Below are positions 1 to 12,125 of a stretch of 64,000 nucleotides of DNA, one piece after another. The notes below the pieces were generated by a model. It did no database searches and was not told where the DNA came from. It worked only from the letters and a program-made list of their open reading frames with translations. The translations under genes were made by a program, and so were the position numbers. The stretch is from the NCBI RefSeq assembly GCF_016903815.1, contig NZ_CP069973.1; one strand, 5' to 3'. Source of the DNA: Escherichia coli (GTDB lineage Bacteria; Pseudomonadota; Gammaproteobacteria; Enterobacterales; Enterobacteriaceae). Position 1 is the stretch's first letter. Each line of letters starts with the position of its first letter.

Positions 1-203
1 AACGCGGCCTGATCCTGATAGCATTCCGGGCTGGCACAGCCGAGCAGCGCCTCGCGGACGCTGCCATCGGAAAGCGGAATACGGGCTGAAAGTAAAGTCG
101 CACCCCAGTCCATCAGCGTGACTACCATCCCTGCGTTGTTACGCAAAGTTAACAGTCGGTACGGCTGACCATCGGGTGCCAGTGCGGGAGTTTCGTTCAG
201 CAC
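1..203 (-). CDS. galM: aldose 1-epimerase (galactose mutarotase), N-terminal ~67 codons; gene runs off window start
   Basis: Minus-strand frame opens at GTG overlapping galK stop (GTGCTGA) and translates [28 protein letters not shown]...; absent from ORF track because its stop is outside the window; fits gal operon order E-T-K-M. Confidence 0.75.
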
Positions 204-1345
204 TGTCCTGCTCCTTGTGATGGTTTACAAACGTAAAAAGTCTCTTTAATACCTGTTTTTGCTTCATATTGTTCAGCGACAGCTTGCTGTACGGCAGGCA
301 CCAGCTCTTCCGGGATCAGCGCGACGATACAGCCGCCAAATCCGCCGCCGGTCATGCGTACGCCACCTTTGTCACCAATCACAGCTTTGACGATTTCTAC
401 CAGAGTGTCAATTTGCGGCACGGTGATTTCGAAATCATCGCGCATAGAGGCATGAGACTCCGCCATCAACTCGCCCATACGTTTCAGGTCGCCTTGCTCC
501 AGCGCGCTGGCAGCTTCAACGGTGCGGGCGTTTTCAGTCAGGATATGACGCACGCGTTTCGCCACGATTGGGTCCAGTTCATGCGCAACAGCGTTGAACT
601 CTTCAATGGTGACATCGCGCAGGGCTGGCTGCTGGAAGAAACGCGCACCGGTTTCGCACTGTTCACGACGGGTGTTGTATTCGCTGCCAACCAGGGTACG
701 TTTGAAGTTACTGTTGATGATGACGACAGCCACACCTTTGGGCATGGAAACTGCTTTGGTCCCCAGTGAGCGGCAGTCAATCAGCAAGGCATGATCTTTC
801 TTGCCGAGTGCTGAAATTAGCTGATCCATGATCCCGCAGTTACAGCCAACAAACTGGTTTTCTGCTTCCTGACCGTTAAGCGCGATTTGTGCGCCGTCCA
901 GCGGCAGATGATAAAGCTGCTGCAATACGGTTCCGACCGCGACTTCCAGTGAAGCGGAAGAACTTAACCCAGCACCCTGCGGCACATTGCCGCTGATCAC
1001 CATGTCCACACCGCCGAAGCTGTTGTTACGCAGTTGCAGATGTTTCACCACGCCACGAACGTAGTTCGCCCATTGATAGTTTTCATGCGCGACAATGGGC
1101 GCATCGAGGGAAAACTCGTCGAGCTGATTTTCATAATCGGCTGCCATCACGCGAACTTTACGGTCATCGCGTGGTGCACAACTGATCACGGTTTGATAAT
1201 CAATCGCGCAGGGCAGAACGAAACCGTCGTTGTAGTCGGTGTGTTCACCAATCAAATTCACGCGGCCAGGCGCCTGAATGGTGTGAGTGGCAGGGTAGCC
1301 AAATGCGTTGGCAAACAGAGATTGTGTTTTTTCTTTCAGACTCAT
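197..1345 (-). CDS. galK: galactokinase
   Basis: 382 aa ORF, full-length GHMP kinase matching recalled E. coli GalK; operon position between galT and galM. Confidence 0.97.
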
Positions 1346-1348
1346 TTC

Positions 1349-2395
1349 TTACACTCCGGATTCGCGAAAATGGATATCGCTGACTGCGCGCAAACGCTCT
1401 GCTGCCTGTTCTGCGGTCAGGTCTCGCTGGGTCTCTGCCAGCATTTCATAACCAACCATAAATTTACGTACGGTGGCGGAGCGCAACAGAGGCGGATAAA
1501 AGTGCGCGTGCAGCTGCCAGTGTTGATTCTCTTCGCCATTAAACGGTGCGCCGTGCCAGCCCATAGAGTAGGGGAAGGAGCACTGGAAGAGGTTGTCATA
1601 ACGACTGGTCAGCTTTTTCAACGCCAGCGCCAAATCGCTGCGCTGGCCGTCGGTCAAATCGGTGATCCGCAAAACGTGGGCTTTGGGCAGTAGTAGCGTT
1701 TCGAACGGCCAGGCAGCCCAGTAAGGCACTACGGCTAACCAGTGTTCGGTTTCGACAACGGTACGGCTACCGTCTGCCAGCTCGCGCTGAACATAATCCA
1801 CCAGCATTGGTGATTTCTGTTCGGCAAAATATTCTTTTTGCAGGCGGTCTTCACGCTCAGCTTCGTTAGGCAGGAAGCTATTTGCCCAAATCTGTCCGTG
1901 CGGATGCGGGTTAGAGCAGCCCATCGCCGCACCTTTGTTTTCAAAGACCTGCACCCATGGGTATGTTTTCCCCAGTTCTGCGGTTTGCTCCTGCCAGGTT
2001 TTGACGATTTCCGTCAATGCCGCAACGCTCAGTTCTGGCAACGTTTTACTGTGATCCGGTGAAAAGCAGATCACCCGGCTGGTACCGCGCGCGCTCTGGC
2101 AACGCATCAGCGGATCTTTGCTTTCTGGCGCATCTGGCGTGTCAGACATCAAGGCCGCAAAGTCATTAGTGAAAACGTAAGTCCCGGTGTAATCGGGGTT
2201 TTTATCGCCTGTCACCCGCACATTACCTGCGCAGAGGAAGCAATCTGGATCATGCGCAGGTAACACCTGTTTGGCTGGCGTTTCCTGCGCCCCCTGCCAG
2301 GGGCGCTTAGCGCGGTGCGGTGAAACCAGAATCCATTGCCCGGTGAGCGGGTTGTAGCGGCGATGTGGATGATCAACGGGATTAAATTGCGTCAT
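1349..2395 (-). CDS. galT: galactose-1-phosphate uridylyltransferase
   Basis: 348 aa ORF with HPH active-site motif (CSNPHPHGQ); 3 nt from galK start. Confidence 0.97.
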   Translation of the reverse strand: MTQFNPVDHPHRRYNPLTGQWILVSPHRAKRPWQGAQETPAKQVLPAHDPDCFLCAGNVRVTGDKNPDYTGTYVFTNDFAALMSDTPDAPESKDPLMRCQSARGTSRVICFSPDHSKTLPELSVAALTEIVKTWQEQTAELGKTYPWVQVFENKGAAMGCSNPHPHGQIWANSFLPNEAEREDRLQKEYFAEQKSPMLVDYVQRELADGSRTVVETEHWLAVVPYWAAWPFETLLLPKAHVLRITDLTDGQRSDLALALKKLTSRYDNLFQCSFPYSMGWHGAPFNGEENQHWQLHAHFYPPLLRSATVRKFMVGYEMLAETQRDLTAEQAAERLRAVSDIHFRESGV

Positions 2396-2404
2396 GGTCG
2401 TTCC

Positions 2405-3421
2405 TTAATCGGGATATCCCTGTGGATGGCGTGACTGCCAGTGCCAGGTGTCCTGCGCCATTTCATCGAGTGTGCGCGTCACGCGCCAGTTCAGTTCACG
2501 GTCGGCTTTGCTGGCGTCCGCCCAGTAGGCCGGAAGGTCGCCCTCGCGACGCGGTGCAAAATGATAGTTAACCGGTTTGCCGCAGGCTTTGCTGAAGGCA
2601 TTAACCACGTCCAGCACGCTGCTGCCTACGCCAGCGCCGAGGTTGTAGATGTGTACGCCTGGCTTGTTCGCCAGTTTCTCCATCGCCACGACGTGACCGT
2701 CCGCCAGATCCATTACGTGGATGTAATCGCGTACGCCAGTACCGTCTTCGGTCGGATAATCGTTACCAAAAATCGCCAGCGAGTCGCGACGGCCTACAGC
2801 AACCTGGGCGATGTATGGCATCAGGTTATTCGGAATGCCTTGCGGATCTTCGCCCATATCGCCCGACGGATGTGCGCCAACCGGGTTGAAGTAGCGCAGC
2901 AGGGCAATGCTCCAGTCCGGCTGGGCTTTTTGCAGATCGGTGAGGATCTGTTCAACCATCAGTTTGCTTTTGCCGTAAGGGCTTTGCGGTGTGCCGGTCG
3001 GGAAGCTTTCAACGTATGGAATTTTGGGCTGATCGCCATAAACGGTGGCAGAGGAGCTAAAAATAAAGTTTTTGACGTTCGCGGCGCGCATGGCGCTAAT
3101 CAGGCGGAGAGTACCGTTGACATTGTTGTCGTAATATTCCAGCGGTTTTTGTACCGATTCGCCAACGGCTTTCAGCCCGGCGAAGTGGATCACGGTGTCG
3201 ATAGCGTGATCGTGCAGGATCTCGGTCATCAACGCTTCGTTACGAATATCGCCTTCAACAAACGTTGGATGTTTGCCGCCTAAACGCTCGATAACGGGCA
3301 GTACGCTGCGCTTACTGTTACAGAGGTTATCAAGAATGATGACATCATGACCGTTTTGCAGTAATTGCACACAGGTATGACTTCCAATGTAACCGCTACC
3401 ACCGGTAACCAGAACTCTCAT
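2405..3421 (-). CDS. galE: UDP-glucose 4-epimerase
   Basis: ORF track gives 352 aa; internal ATG at 3421 gives 338 aa beginning MRVLVTGGSGYIGSH (Rossmann GxxGxxG), matching recalled GalE length. Confidence 0.95.
   Translation of the reverse strand: MRVLVTGGSGYIGSHTCVQLLQNGHDVIILDNLCNSKRSVLPVIERLGGKHPTFVEGDIRNEALMTEILHDHAIDTVIHFAGLKAVGESVQKPLEYYDNNVNGTLRLISAMRAANVKNFIFSSSATVYGDQPKIPYVESFPTGTPQSPYGKSKLMVEQILTDLQKAQPDWSIALLRYFNPVGAHPSGDMGEDPQGIPNNLMPYIAQVAVGRRDSLAIFGNDYPTEDGTGVRDYIHVMDLADGHVVAMEKLANKPGVHIYNLGAGVGSSVLDVVNAFSKACGKPVNYHFAPRREGDLPAYWADASKADRELNWRVTRTLDEMAQDTWHWQSRHPQGYPD
3387..3402. promoter_or_regulatory. gal internal operator OI (GalR/GalS)
   Basis: Plus strand ATGTAACCGCTACCAC, reverse complement of the recalled OI sequence GTGGTAGCGGTTACAT, inside the galE 5' coding region. 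Confidence 0.6.
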
Positions 3422-3499
3422 AATTCGCTCCATTAGGCTTATGGTATGAAATAACCATAGCATAACAAAGATGCGAAAAGTGTGACATGGAATAAATTA

Positions 3500-3515
3500 G
3501 TGGAATCGTTTACAC
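3500..3515. promoter_or_regulatory. gal external operator OE (GalR/GalS) within galP1/P2 promoter region
   Basis: Plus strand GTGGAATCGTTTACAC, reverse complement of recalled OE GTGTAAACGATTCCAC, about 80 bp upstream of galE start. Confidence 0.7.
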
Positions 3516-3592
3516 AAGAATTTAGCCGTTTTTTATGCGCGATTAAGTGATTATAAAACAGAGGGTTTATGAATGATTGCGCTTTTTATCTG

Positions 3593-3626
3593 AAAAAAAA
3601 GACGCGGTTTCATGCCTGGATGCGTC
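3593..3626 (-). terminator. putative intrinsic terminator downstream of modF
   Basis: Hairpin GACGC-N16-GCGTC followed on the minus strand by a run of 8 T (plus-strand A8 at 3593-3600). Confidence 0.5.
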
Positions 3627-3683
3627 GAACCGTTGGCCGGAGAGGGCGCTTAGGCCGCCTCCGGCACGGTCAGCACTACCGAC

Positions 3684-5156
3684 TCAATTTATTTTTGTCA
3701 GCACATAGCGATAGAGTCCGCCGTCTGGCACGAACTCAAGACGATGGGTAATACAGGCAGGCGCATCTTCAGCGTGGTGCGAAACAAACAACAATTGCGT
3801 TTCACCTTCGCTAATCAGCACATCAACAAACCGGCGGATAAGCTGGCGATTGAGCGGATCAAGCCCCTGTAGTGGTTCATCGAGAATAAGCAACGTCGGA
3901 TGTTTCACCAGCGCGCGGACGATCAGCGCCAGGCGTTGTTGCCCCCAGGAAAGACTATGGAACGGAGCGTCAGCCGTGCGTTTATCAATGCCGAGAATAT
4001 CCAGCCACTGCTGCACCAGTTTTTGCTGGCGATCCGAAACGGCCTGATAAATGCCAATCGAATCAAAATAGCCAGAAAGAATCACATTACGCACAGTAGT
4101 ACTGACCCGGTAATCCAGATGCAAACTACTGCTGACGTAACCGATATGCTTTTTGATATCCCAGATGGTTTCGCCGCTGCCGCGACGTCGTCCGAAAAGC
4201 GTCAAATCGTTGCTGTAACCTTGCGGATGATCGCCAGTAATCAGGCTTAATAACGTCGATTTTCCCGCGCCATTTGGCCCGACAATTTGCCAGTGTTCAC
4301 CTGGATTCACCTGCCAGCTAAGGTTATTAAGAATGGGGCGATCATTATAAGAAACCACGCCGTTGTTCAGCACAATGCGCGGTTCGTTGGCGGGTAAGGC
4401 GTGACGTGCTGAAGGTTCATCCGGCTCCGGCAGTTGTACACCTTCAAGCTGTTCGCTATGCGCCAGTTGCGCAACGAGTGCTTGTTGGAGCAGTTCCTCT
4501 TTAGCGCCCGTTTCCGCTAACGTACAATCCGCCAGCACGCCAGCAAACTGGACAAATTCCGGGATCTCATCGAAGCGATTGAGCACCAGTACCAGAGTAA
4601 TACCGGACTGATGTAACGAGGCGAGTAGCTCAGCCAGCTGCTGACGTGAGGCAACATCCAGGCCATCGAACGGCTCATCAAGAATCAACAAGTCAGGCTC
4701 CGACATCAGCGCCTGACACAGCAGGGTTTTTCGCGTCTCGCCAGTGGAAAGGTATTTAAAGCGTCGGTCGAGGAGGGCGGTAATACCGAACTGCTGCGCC
4801 AGTTGCATGCAACGCGGAGTATCCTTTACTTCATCCTGAATGATCTCAGCCGTGGTACGCCCGGTGTCATCTTCGCCAGGACTAAGCATATCGGTGTTAT
4901 TCCGCTGCCATTCGTCGCTGACGAGCTTTTGCAATTGCTCGAAGGAGAGACGAGTGATGTGGGAAAACTGGCTTTGCCGTTCACCTTTCAAAAGCGGAAG
5001 TTCCCCCGCCAGCGCGCGGGCCAGGGCCGATTTCCCGCTTCCATTCGAACCGACAAACGCCCAACTATCACCCGCGTTTAACGTTAGCTGAGGCAATTGC
5101 AGCGTTTTTGTGTCGCTAAGACGAAATGTGCCTTGCAAAATTTGCAACGATGACAT
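3684..5156 (-). CDS. modF: molybdate-related ABC ATPase with two ABC domains
   Basis: 494 aa ORF with two Walker A motifs (GSNGSGKS, GPNGAGKS); start moved to internal ATG (MSSLQILQG) for the 490 aa recalled for K-12. Confidence 0.9.
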   Translation of the reverse strand: MSSLQILQGTFRLSDTKTLQLPQLTLNAGDSWAFVGSNGSGKSALARALAGELPLLKGERQSQFSHITRLSFEQLQKLVSDEWQRNNTDMLSPGEDDTGRTTAEIIQDEVKDTPRCMQLAQQFGITALLDRRFKYLSTGETRKTLLCQALMSEPDLLILDEPFDGLDVASRQQLAELLASLHQSGITLVLVLNRFDEIPEFVQFAGVLADCTLAETGAKEELLQQALVAQLAHSEQLEGVQLPEPDEPSARHALPANEPRIVLNNGVVSYNDRPILNNLSWQVNPGEHWQIVGPNGAGKSTLLSLITGDHPQGYSNDLTLFGRRRGSGETIWDIKKHIGYVSSSLHLDYRVSTTVRNVILSGYFDSIGIYQAVSDRQQKLVQQWLDILGIDKRTADAPFHSLSWGQQRLALIVRALVKHPTLLILDEPLQGLDPLNRQLIRRFVDVLISEGETQLLFVSHHAEDAPACITHRLEFVPDGGLYRYVLTKIN

Positions 5157-5223
5157 TTTATATCCCATTTTGTGCAGCGATTACTGACAGGGATACGTGT
5201 TTCATAACAAATTGTCAACACGC

Positions 5224-6012
5224 TTAGCATAGCGTGGCGATAATCACGCTGTCGGCATTAAAGTAGGCCGTGACATTCTGTCCTTGCTGAAGAGAAGTCG
5301 CTTCATTTACCGGCACTGTGGCGCACAGTGTTTGCCCGTCGGGTAGCGCCATTAATACTTCGCACTGCTCTGCGCCGCGCTCAATATGACTAATAATACC
5401 CGGTAATTGGTTGTCGGCGTTTTGTGCGACCGCTTCGTCCTGAGTAATGCCTACCCACGGCGCTTTTAGTAATATCAACACTTCTTTGCCTTCATCCAGC
5501 CCCAGACGCGCGCCGCTTTGTGCGGTAATTGCGACTTTCAGGCGTGTTTTTCCGTCAGCCAGTAAGACATCAACATGCTGTTGAACGTCATCATGATCGC
5601 GGGCGGTGATGGTGCCAAACCATTGGTTACGGGCGCTGGTTTGCAGTGAAAAACGTGAGATCGCGGCCAGCAGGCTGTTCAGCGGCAGGGCGTCATCGTC
5701 ACTTAACACATCAAAGGCTTTTTGCTGGATTTGCGCCAGTAAGTCATAGAGCTGAATCAGTCGCTGACCATAGCGGGTCAGTACTGCGCCGCCGCCACCT
5801 TTACCGCCTGTTGCGCGCTCGACCAGAATATGCTCACTTAACTGATTCATCTCGTTAATGGCATCCCAGGCACTTTTATAGCTGATACCGGCATCTTTCG
5901 CTCCCTGGCTAATGGAACCGGAAAGCGCAATGTGTTTTAGTAGCGAAATGCGGCGCGGGTCGGCGAATAATTTTTGTTGGAGCTTAAGGGTGAGAAGGAT
6001 TTCGGCCTGCAT
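5224..6012 (-). CDS. modE: molybdate-responsive transcriptional regulator
   Basis: 262 aa ORF; divergent from modABC, matches recalled ModE. Confidence 0.95.
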   Translation of the reverse strand: MQAEILLTLKLQQKLFADPRRISLLKHIALSGSISQGAKDAGISYKSAWDAINEMNQLSEHILVERATGGKGGGGAVLTRYGQRLIQLYDLLAQIQQKAFDVLSDDDALPLNSLLAAISRFSLQTSARNQWFGTITARDHDDVQQHVDVLLADGKTRLKVAITAQSGARLGLDEGKEVLILLKAPWVGITQDEAVAQNADNQLPGIISHIERGAEQCEVLMALPDGQTLCATVPVNEATSLQQGQNVTAYFNADSVIIATLC

Positions 6013-6122
6013 AACAATGTCCTGGCAAAAGTCTTATTGTGACGGAAAACGAACGCCACGCAAAGCTGACCGCACAAAAGGGGAGTGCTTTTCTGTGCTT
6101 AGCGGTTAGAATAGTCTCATGA

Positions 6123-6290
<168 letters not shown>

Positions 6291-6298
6291 TTCCCTGA

Positions 6299-6325
6299 AT
6301 GCCCGCTTAGTCGGGCATTTCTTTT
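6299..6325 (+). terminator. putative intrinsic terminator after acrZ
   Basis: Hairpin ATGCCCG-CTTAGT-CGGGCAT followed by TTCTTTT. Confidence 0.5.
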
Positions 6326-6412
6326 GCTCAACTTCCTGCTTTTCCTGCCGATATTTTTTCTCATCTACCTCACAAAGGTTAGCAATAACTGCTGGGAAAA
6401 TTCTGAGTTAGC

Positions 6413-6436
6413 CGTTATATTGACGCCTACATAACG
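6413..6436. promoter_or_regulatory. ModE operator at modA promoter
   Basis: CGTTATATTGACGCCTACATAACG, inverted CGTTATAT/ATATAACG-like half-sites about 20 bp upstream of modA ATG; fits ModE binding motif. Confidence 0.6.
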
Positions 6437-6455
6437 TTACATTAAGGGGTTACCA

Positions 6456-7229
6456 ATGGCTCGTAAATGGTTGAACTTGTTTGCCGGGGCGGCACTCTCT
6501 TTCGCTGTTGCTGGCAATGCACTGGCAGATGAAGGGAAAATCACGGTGTTCGCCGCCGCATCACTGACTAACGCAATGCAGAACATTGCTACGCAGTATA
6601 AAAAAGAGAAAGGCGTGGATGTGGTTTCTTCTTTCGCTTCGTCATCTACTTTGGCCCGTCAGATTGAAGCGGGTGCGCCTGCGGATCTGTTTATTTCTGC
6701 CGATCAGAAATGGATGGATTATGCGGTTGATAAAAAAGCGATCGATACAGCTACACGTCAGACACTGCTCGGCAATAGCCTGGTCGTTGTAGCACCGAAA
6801 GCCAGCGAGCAGAAAGATTTCACCATCGACAGCAAAACTAACTGGACTTCGCTGCTGAATGGCGGTCGCCTCGCGGTTGGCGATCCGGAACATGTCCCTG
6901 CTGGCATTTATGCAAAAGAAGCACTGCAAAAACTGGGCGCATGGGATACGCTCTCCCCGAAACTGGCTCCGGCGGAAGATGTTCGTGGCGCGCTGGCGTT
7001 GGTCGAACGCAATGAAGCGCCGCTGGGTATTGTTTACGGTTCTGACGCAGTTGCCAGCAAAGGGGTAAAAGTGGTTGCCACCTTCCCGGAAGATTCACAT
7101 AAAAAAGTGGAATATCCGGTTGCTGTTGTGGAAGGGCATAATAATGCGACAGTGATAGCATTTTATGATTATCTGAAGGGGCCGCAGGCTGCGGAAATCT
7201 TTAAACGTTACGGATTTACAACCAAGTAA
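6456..7229 (+). CDS. modA: molybdate ABC transporter periplasmic binding protein
   Basis: 257 aa ORF with N-terminal signal peptide; first gene of modABC. Confidence 0.97.
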   Translation: MARKWLNLFAGAALSFAVAGNALADEGKITVFAAASLTNAMQNIATQYKKEKGVDVVSSFASSSTLARQIEAGAPADLFISADQKWMDYAVDKKAIDTATRQTLLGNSLVVVAPKASEQKDFTIDSKTNWTSLLNGGRLAVGDPEHVPAGIYAKEALQKLGAWDTLSPKLAPAEDVRGALALVERNEAPLGIVYGSDAVASKGVKVVATFPEDSHKKVEYPVAVVEGHNNATVIAFYDYLKGPQAAEIFKRYGFTTK

Positions 7230-7918
7230 TGATACTGACCGATCCAGAATGGCAGGCAGTTTTATTAAGCCTGAAAGTTTCTTCCCTGGCTGTGCTGTTT
7301 AGCCTGCCGTTTGGGATCTTTTTTGCCTGGTTACTGGTACGTTGCACGTTTCCGGGCAAAGCTCTGCTCGATAGCGTACTGCATCTACCGCTGGTGTTAC
7401 CGCCCGTGGTCGTCGGTTACTTATTATTAGTTTCGATGGGACGGCGCGGATTTATCGGTGAACGTCTGTATGACTGGTTTGGTCTTTCTTTCGCGTTTAG
7501 CTGGCGCGGTGCGGTTCTCGCTGCCGCTGTCATGTCTTTTCCGCTGATGGTGCGGGCGATTCGTCTGGCGCTGGAAGGTGTTGATATCAAACTGGAGCAG
7601 GCCGCAAGAACACTGGGGGCCGGGCGCTGGCGAGTTTTCTTTACTATCACGTTACCGCTGACCTTACCGGGCATTATTGTTGGTACGGTACTGGCTTTTG
7701 CTCGTTCTCTCGGTGAGTTTGGTGCAACCATCACCTTTGTGTCGAACATTCCTGGCGAAACGCGAACTATTCCCTCTGCCATGTATACCCTGATCCAGAC
7801 CCCCGGCGGGGAAAGTGGCGCGGCGAGACTGTGCATTATTTCTATTGCGCTGGCGATGATCTCCCTCTTGATTTCAGAATGGCTGGCCAGAATCAGCCGT
7901 GAACGGGCGGGGCGCTAA
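7229..7918 (+). CDS. modB: molybdate ABC transporter permease
   Basis: 229 aa polytopic membrane ORF, start overlaps modA stop. Confidence 0.97.
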   Translation: MILTDPEWQAVLLSLKVSSLAVLFSLPFGIFFAWLLVRCTFPGKALLDSVLHLPLVLPPVVVGYLLLVSMGRRGFIGERLYDWFGLSFAFSWRGAVLAAAVMSFPLMVRAIRLALEGVDIKLEQAARTLGAGRWRVFFTITLPLTLPGIIVGTVLAFARSLGEFGATITFVSNIPGETRTIPSAMYTLIQTPGGESGAARLCIISIALAMISLLISEWLARISRERAGR

Positions 7919-7920
7919 TC

Positions 7921-8979
7921 ATGCTGGAACTGAATTTTTCCCAGACGTTGGGCAACCATTGCCTGACCATTAATGAAACGCTGCCCGCCAATGGCATCAC
8001 TGCTCTCTTTGGCGTCTCCGGTGCCGGAAAAACTTCGCTGATTAACGCCATCAGTGGACTGACGCGCCCGCAAAAAGGGCGGATTGTCCTCAATGGGCGG
8101 GTACTAAATGATGCCGAAAAAGGTATCTGCCTGACGCCGGAAAAGCGTCGCGTTGGCTATGTTTTTCAGGATGCGCGGCTGTTCCCGCATTACAAAGTGC
8201 GTGGCAATCTGCGCTACGGCATGTCGAAAAGTATGGTCGATCAGTTCGATAAGCTGGTGGCGCTTTTAGGCATTGAACCGTTGCTTGACCGTTTACCAGG
8301 CAGCCTGTCCGGAGGCGAAAAACAGCGCGTGGCGATTGGTCGGGCTTTGCTGACAGCACCGGAATTGCTGTTGCTGGATGAACCGCTGGCGTCACTGGAT
8401 ATTCCGCGTAAACGCGAACTGTTGCCTTATCTGCAACGGCTGACACGGGAAATCAACATTCCGATGTTGTATGTCAGCCATTCGCTGGATGAGATCCTCC
8501 ATCTGGCAGACAGAGTGATGGTACTGGAAAACGGTCAGGTGAAAGCCTTTGGCGCGCTGGAGGAAGTGTGGGGCAGTAGCGTGATGAATCCGTGGCTGCC
8601 GAAAGAGCAACAAAGTAGCATTCTGAAAGTGACGGTGCTTGAGCATCATCCGCATTACGCGATGACCGCGCTGGCGCTGGGCGATCAGCATTTGTGGGTC
8701 AATAAGCTGGACGAACCGCTGCAAGCTGCGCTACGTATCCGCATTCAGGCTTCCGATGTTTCTCTGGTTTTACAACCGCCGCAGCAAACCAGCATTCGTA
8801 ACGTATTGCGGGCAAAAGTTGTTAATAGTTATGACGACAACGGCCAGGTGGAAGTGGAGCTGGAAGTCGGCGGTAAAACGCTGTGGGCGCGTATCAGCCC
8901 GTGGGCCAGGGATGAACTGGCGATCAAACCAGGCCTGTGGCTGTACGCGCAAATTAAAAGTGTGTCGATAACCGCCTGA
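7921..8979 (+). CDS. modC: molybdate ABC transporter ATPase
   Basis: 352 aa ORF with Walker [10 protein letters not shown] and signature LSGGEKQR. Confidence 0.97.
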   Translation: MLELNFSQTLGNHCLTINETLPANGITALFGVSGAGKTSLINAISGLTRPQKGRIVLNGRVLNDAEKGICLTPEKRRVGYVFQDARLFPHYKVRGNLRYGMSKSMVDQFDKLVALLGIEPLLDRLPGSLSGGEKQRVAIGRALLTAPELLLLDEPLASLDIPRKRELLPYLQRLTREINIPMLYVSHSLDEILHLADRVMVLENGQVKAFGALEEVWGSSVMNPWLPKEQQSSILKVTVLEHHPHYAMTALALGDQHLWVNKLDEPLQAALRIRIQASDVSLVLQPPQQTSIRNVLRAKVVNSYDDNGQVEVELEVGGKTLWARISPWARDELAIKPGLWLYAQIKSVSITA

Positions 8980-9798
8980 TTAAATCAGGTGGCTATAAAT
9001 GAACCGGGCAATGCTGTCGGTGGTGTTATCACCAATCACAATGTTGGCGCGCGCTTTTACCGCATCATCGGCGTTGCCCATCGCCACGCCTGTACCAGCG
9101 GCCTCCAGCATACTGATATCATTAAAGTTATCGCCGAAGGCCACGACGTTTTCCATCGACCAGCCTTGCGCCTCAACCCATTTCGTCAAACGTTTACCTT
9201 TGCTGTTGCCGCCGCGTGCAATATCAACCTGATCCTGCCAGGACCATTCACACTCAAGTCCCAGTTCATGTTCGACATGCTTACCAAAATGCTGCAATTG
9301 CGGCAGGTCATCGTGCGTCAGGGCGAACTTCCATACGGCGTTAACTTGTTGCGCCGTTTCAGCCAGAGAAGCGACTTGTGTGAAAGTCGGACGCTGTTCC
9401 GGCGGCAGGGTTTGCGCCCAGTTAGACGTGCGAATGACATGCCCGGTCGGGTGCTCATAGACCATCGCATCATCCACATACATCAGACCGTGAATGTGGT
9501 GTTCATTCAGCATCTCAATGAGTTGCAGGGCTTTATTAACGGGCATTGGGTCCGCTTCCAGCACTGTTTTTGCATGATAATCATACAAATAGGTGCCATT
9601 ACAGCAAATAGCAGGTGTATCCAGCGCCAGCGCCTGATAAAAAGGATGAATAGCGACGTGATGGCGACCTGTGACGATGATTAATTGATAGCCTGCTTCG
9701 CAAGCGCGGGCTAGGGCTTCTATCGATGATGGAAGCAAGGTCTTTTTCGGGGTCAATAAGGTGCCGTCTAAGTCGAGAGCAATCACGCGTGTGGTCAT
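8980..9798 (-). CDS. ybhA: HAD-family (Cof-like) phosphatase, pyridoxal phosphate phosphatase
   Basis: ORF track 306 aa; internal ATG giving 272 aa MTTRVIALDLDGTLL (HAD DxDGT motif) matches recalled YbhA. Confidence 0.9.
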   Translation of the reverse strand: MTTRVIALDLDGTLLTPKKTLLPSSIEALARACEAGYQLIIVTGRHHVAIHPFYQALALDTPAICCNGTYLYDYHAKTVLEADPMPVNKALQLIEMLNEHHIHGLMYVDDAMVYEHPTGHVIRTSNWAQTLPPEQRPTFTQVASLAETAQQVNAVWKFALTHDDLPQLQHFGKHVEHELGLECEWSWQDQVDIARGGNSKGKRLTKWVEAQGWSMENVVAFGDNFNDISMLEAAGTGVAMGNADDAVKARANIVIGDNTTDSIARFIYSHLI

Positions 9799-9916
9799 GG
9801 CGTATTCCAGATTAAGGTTAAGAATTTTCGTCTGCGCGAATGGTACACCGATACCACTATCGGACAAAATTCTGCGTTTTAATTCAGCATTCACCGCCAA
9901 AAGCGACTAATTTTAG

Positions 9917-10948
<1,032 letters not shown>

Positions 10949-10988
10949 CCGCTGATTTACCCGGCGCAGTCTCTTCTGCGCCGGTGTA

Positions 10989-11942
10989 TTAACCTATCTC
11001 CTGTAACGCATGTCTCTGGCGTTCGACGATATTGGTCCACAAATTGTCTTTATCGTCAGTCCACAAATTAATCAGCAAGGCAAAAAAGCGTTCAGCTGCC
11101 GGAGAAAGCACGGCATCTTTGCGGCGAATAATCCCCAATGTCCGACGTATAACCGGTTCCACCAGCGGGATACCAATAATCGAAGAGTAGGGCGCATGAG
11201 GCATTGCCAGGCCTGGAAGCGCCGAAATCCCTAGTCCTGCCTCCACCAGTCCTAATGACGTCGAAAGATGACGCACTTCGTAAAACCAGTCCAGCTTCCA
11301 GGGCTTGTCGGCTAGCTGTTGTTCTATCAACAGTCGGTTGCCGCTGGAGGAGCGTACGCCAATCATTTTGTAACCCACTAACTCCTGCCATTCTACAAGC
11401 TGCTTTTTGGCCAATGGATGGTCACGCCGACAGGCCAGCACGAACGGCTCGTTGACCAGGGGGGTAAAATCAATGGATGAATTTGTGACGTTGTTCATGT
11501 TTATGCCAAAGTCTGATTCGTTACACAGCACCGATTCCATGCAATTATTCGTGCCTTGTTCCAGAATCCGCACTTTAATATTGGGATACAGCTCATTAAA
11601 TTTACCGATTGCCAGCGGTAAAAAATAAAATACTGCGGTCGGAATACACGCTAATGTCACCATACCACGATGATAAGCATTCATATCACGAATATTAAAA
11701 AGCGTTTCATCGAATTTCTTTATTAATTCCCGCGCCTCCGGGAGCAACCTTTTTCCTGCTTTTGTTAACGTAACCTTGCGAGTTGTACGCTCAAATAGTT
11801 GAATATGTAAATCTTCCTCCATCTTTTTTATTCTTCGCGTTAATGCAGGTTGCGTAATATTGAGTAATTTAGCGGCATTGTTAAATGAACTGGACTCTGC
11901 CAGTATGACAAATGCCTTCATACTTGATAATTCATGCTTCAT
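10989..11942 (-). CDS. ybhD: LysR-family transcriptional regulator
   Basis: ORF track 338 aa; start set to ATG at 11942 (MKHELSSMKAF, GGAG 8 nt upstream) for 317 aa; divergent from ybhH. Confidence 0.9.
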   Translation of the reverse strand: MKHELSSMKAFVILAESSSFNNAAKLLNITQPALTRRIKKMEEDLHIQLFERTTRKVTLTKAGKRLLPEARELIKKFDETLFNIRDMNAYHRGMVTLACIPTAVFYFLPLAIGKFNELYPNIKVRILEQGTNNCMESVLCNESDFGINMNNVTNSSIDFTPLVNEPFVLACRRDHPLAKKQLVEWQELVGYKMIGVRSSSGNRLLIEQQLADKPWKLDWFYEVRHLSTSLGLVEAGLGISALPGLAMPHAPYSSIIGIPLVEPVIRRTLGIIRRKDAVLSPAAERFFALLINLWTDDKDNLWTNIVERQRHALQEIG

Positions 11943-12125
11943 TATTACTCCGGAAAATGGAAGCGTCGATTTTGGGTGGCTGGCCGTTAAAAATTTTAAC
12001 TGCATTTAGCCAACTTAAATTAATGAAAAAATGTTATTAATCGTTGAGCTAAAGTCATTAGAGATGCTTTGCCCTTAATGTAACCATATCGCAATAAGTT
12101 ATGTTTTTAAATTGAGGGCATTATT

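Noticed and set aside
2441-3283. Long antisense ORFs inside genes, e.g. 2441..3283 (+) in galE, 1034..1693 (+) in galK/galT, 8989..9684 (+) in ybhA, 17174..17878 (+) in ybhC, 40828..41454 (+) in ybhG, 46958..47512 (-) in ybiB, 51184..51852 and 52147..52950 (+) in fiu, 55553..56233 (+) in ybiO
   Set aside because: Each lies wholly inside a well-supported gene on the opposite strand, with no RBS and low-complexity Arg/His/Gln-rich translations typical of antisense frames; no independent support.
3422-3463. N-terminal extensions in the ORF track (galE 352 aa, ybhA 306 aa, ybhD 338 aa, bioA 466 aa, ybhK 322 aa, moaA 356 aa, ybhL 261 aa, mcbA 134 aa, dps 208 aa and others)
   Set aside because: Extensions begin at upstream start codons lacking an RBS and add non-conserved sequence; internal ATG/GTG starts with SD sequences reproduce the protein lengths recalled for K-12.
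3569-3751. 60 aa ORF in the modF–galE intergenic region
   Set aside because: Overlaps the modF terminator hairpin and the modF 3' end; Arg-rich translation; region is better explained as gal promoter and modF terminator.
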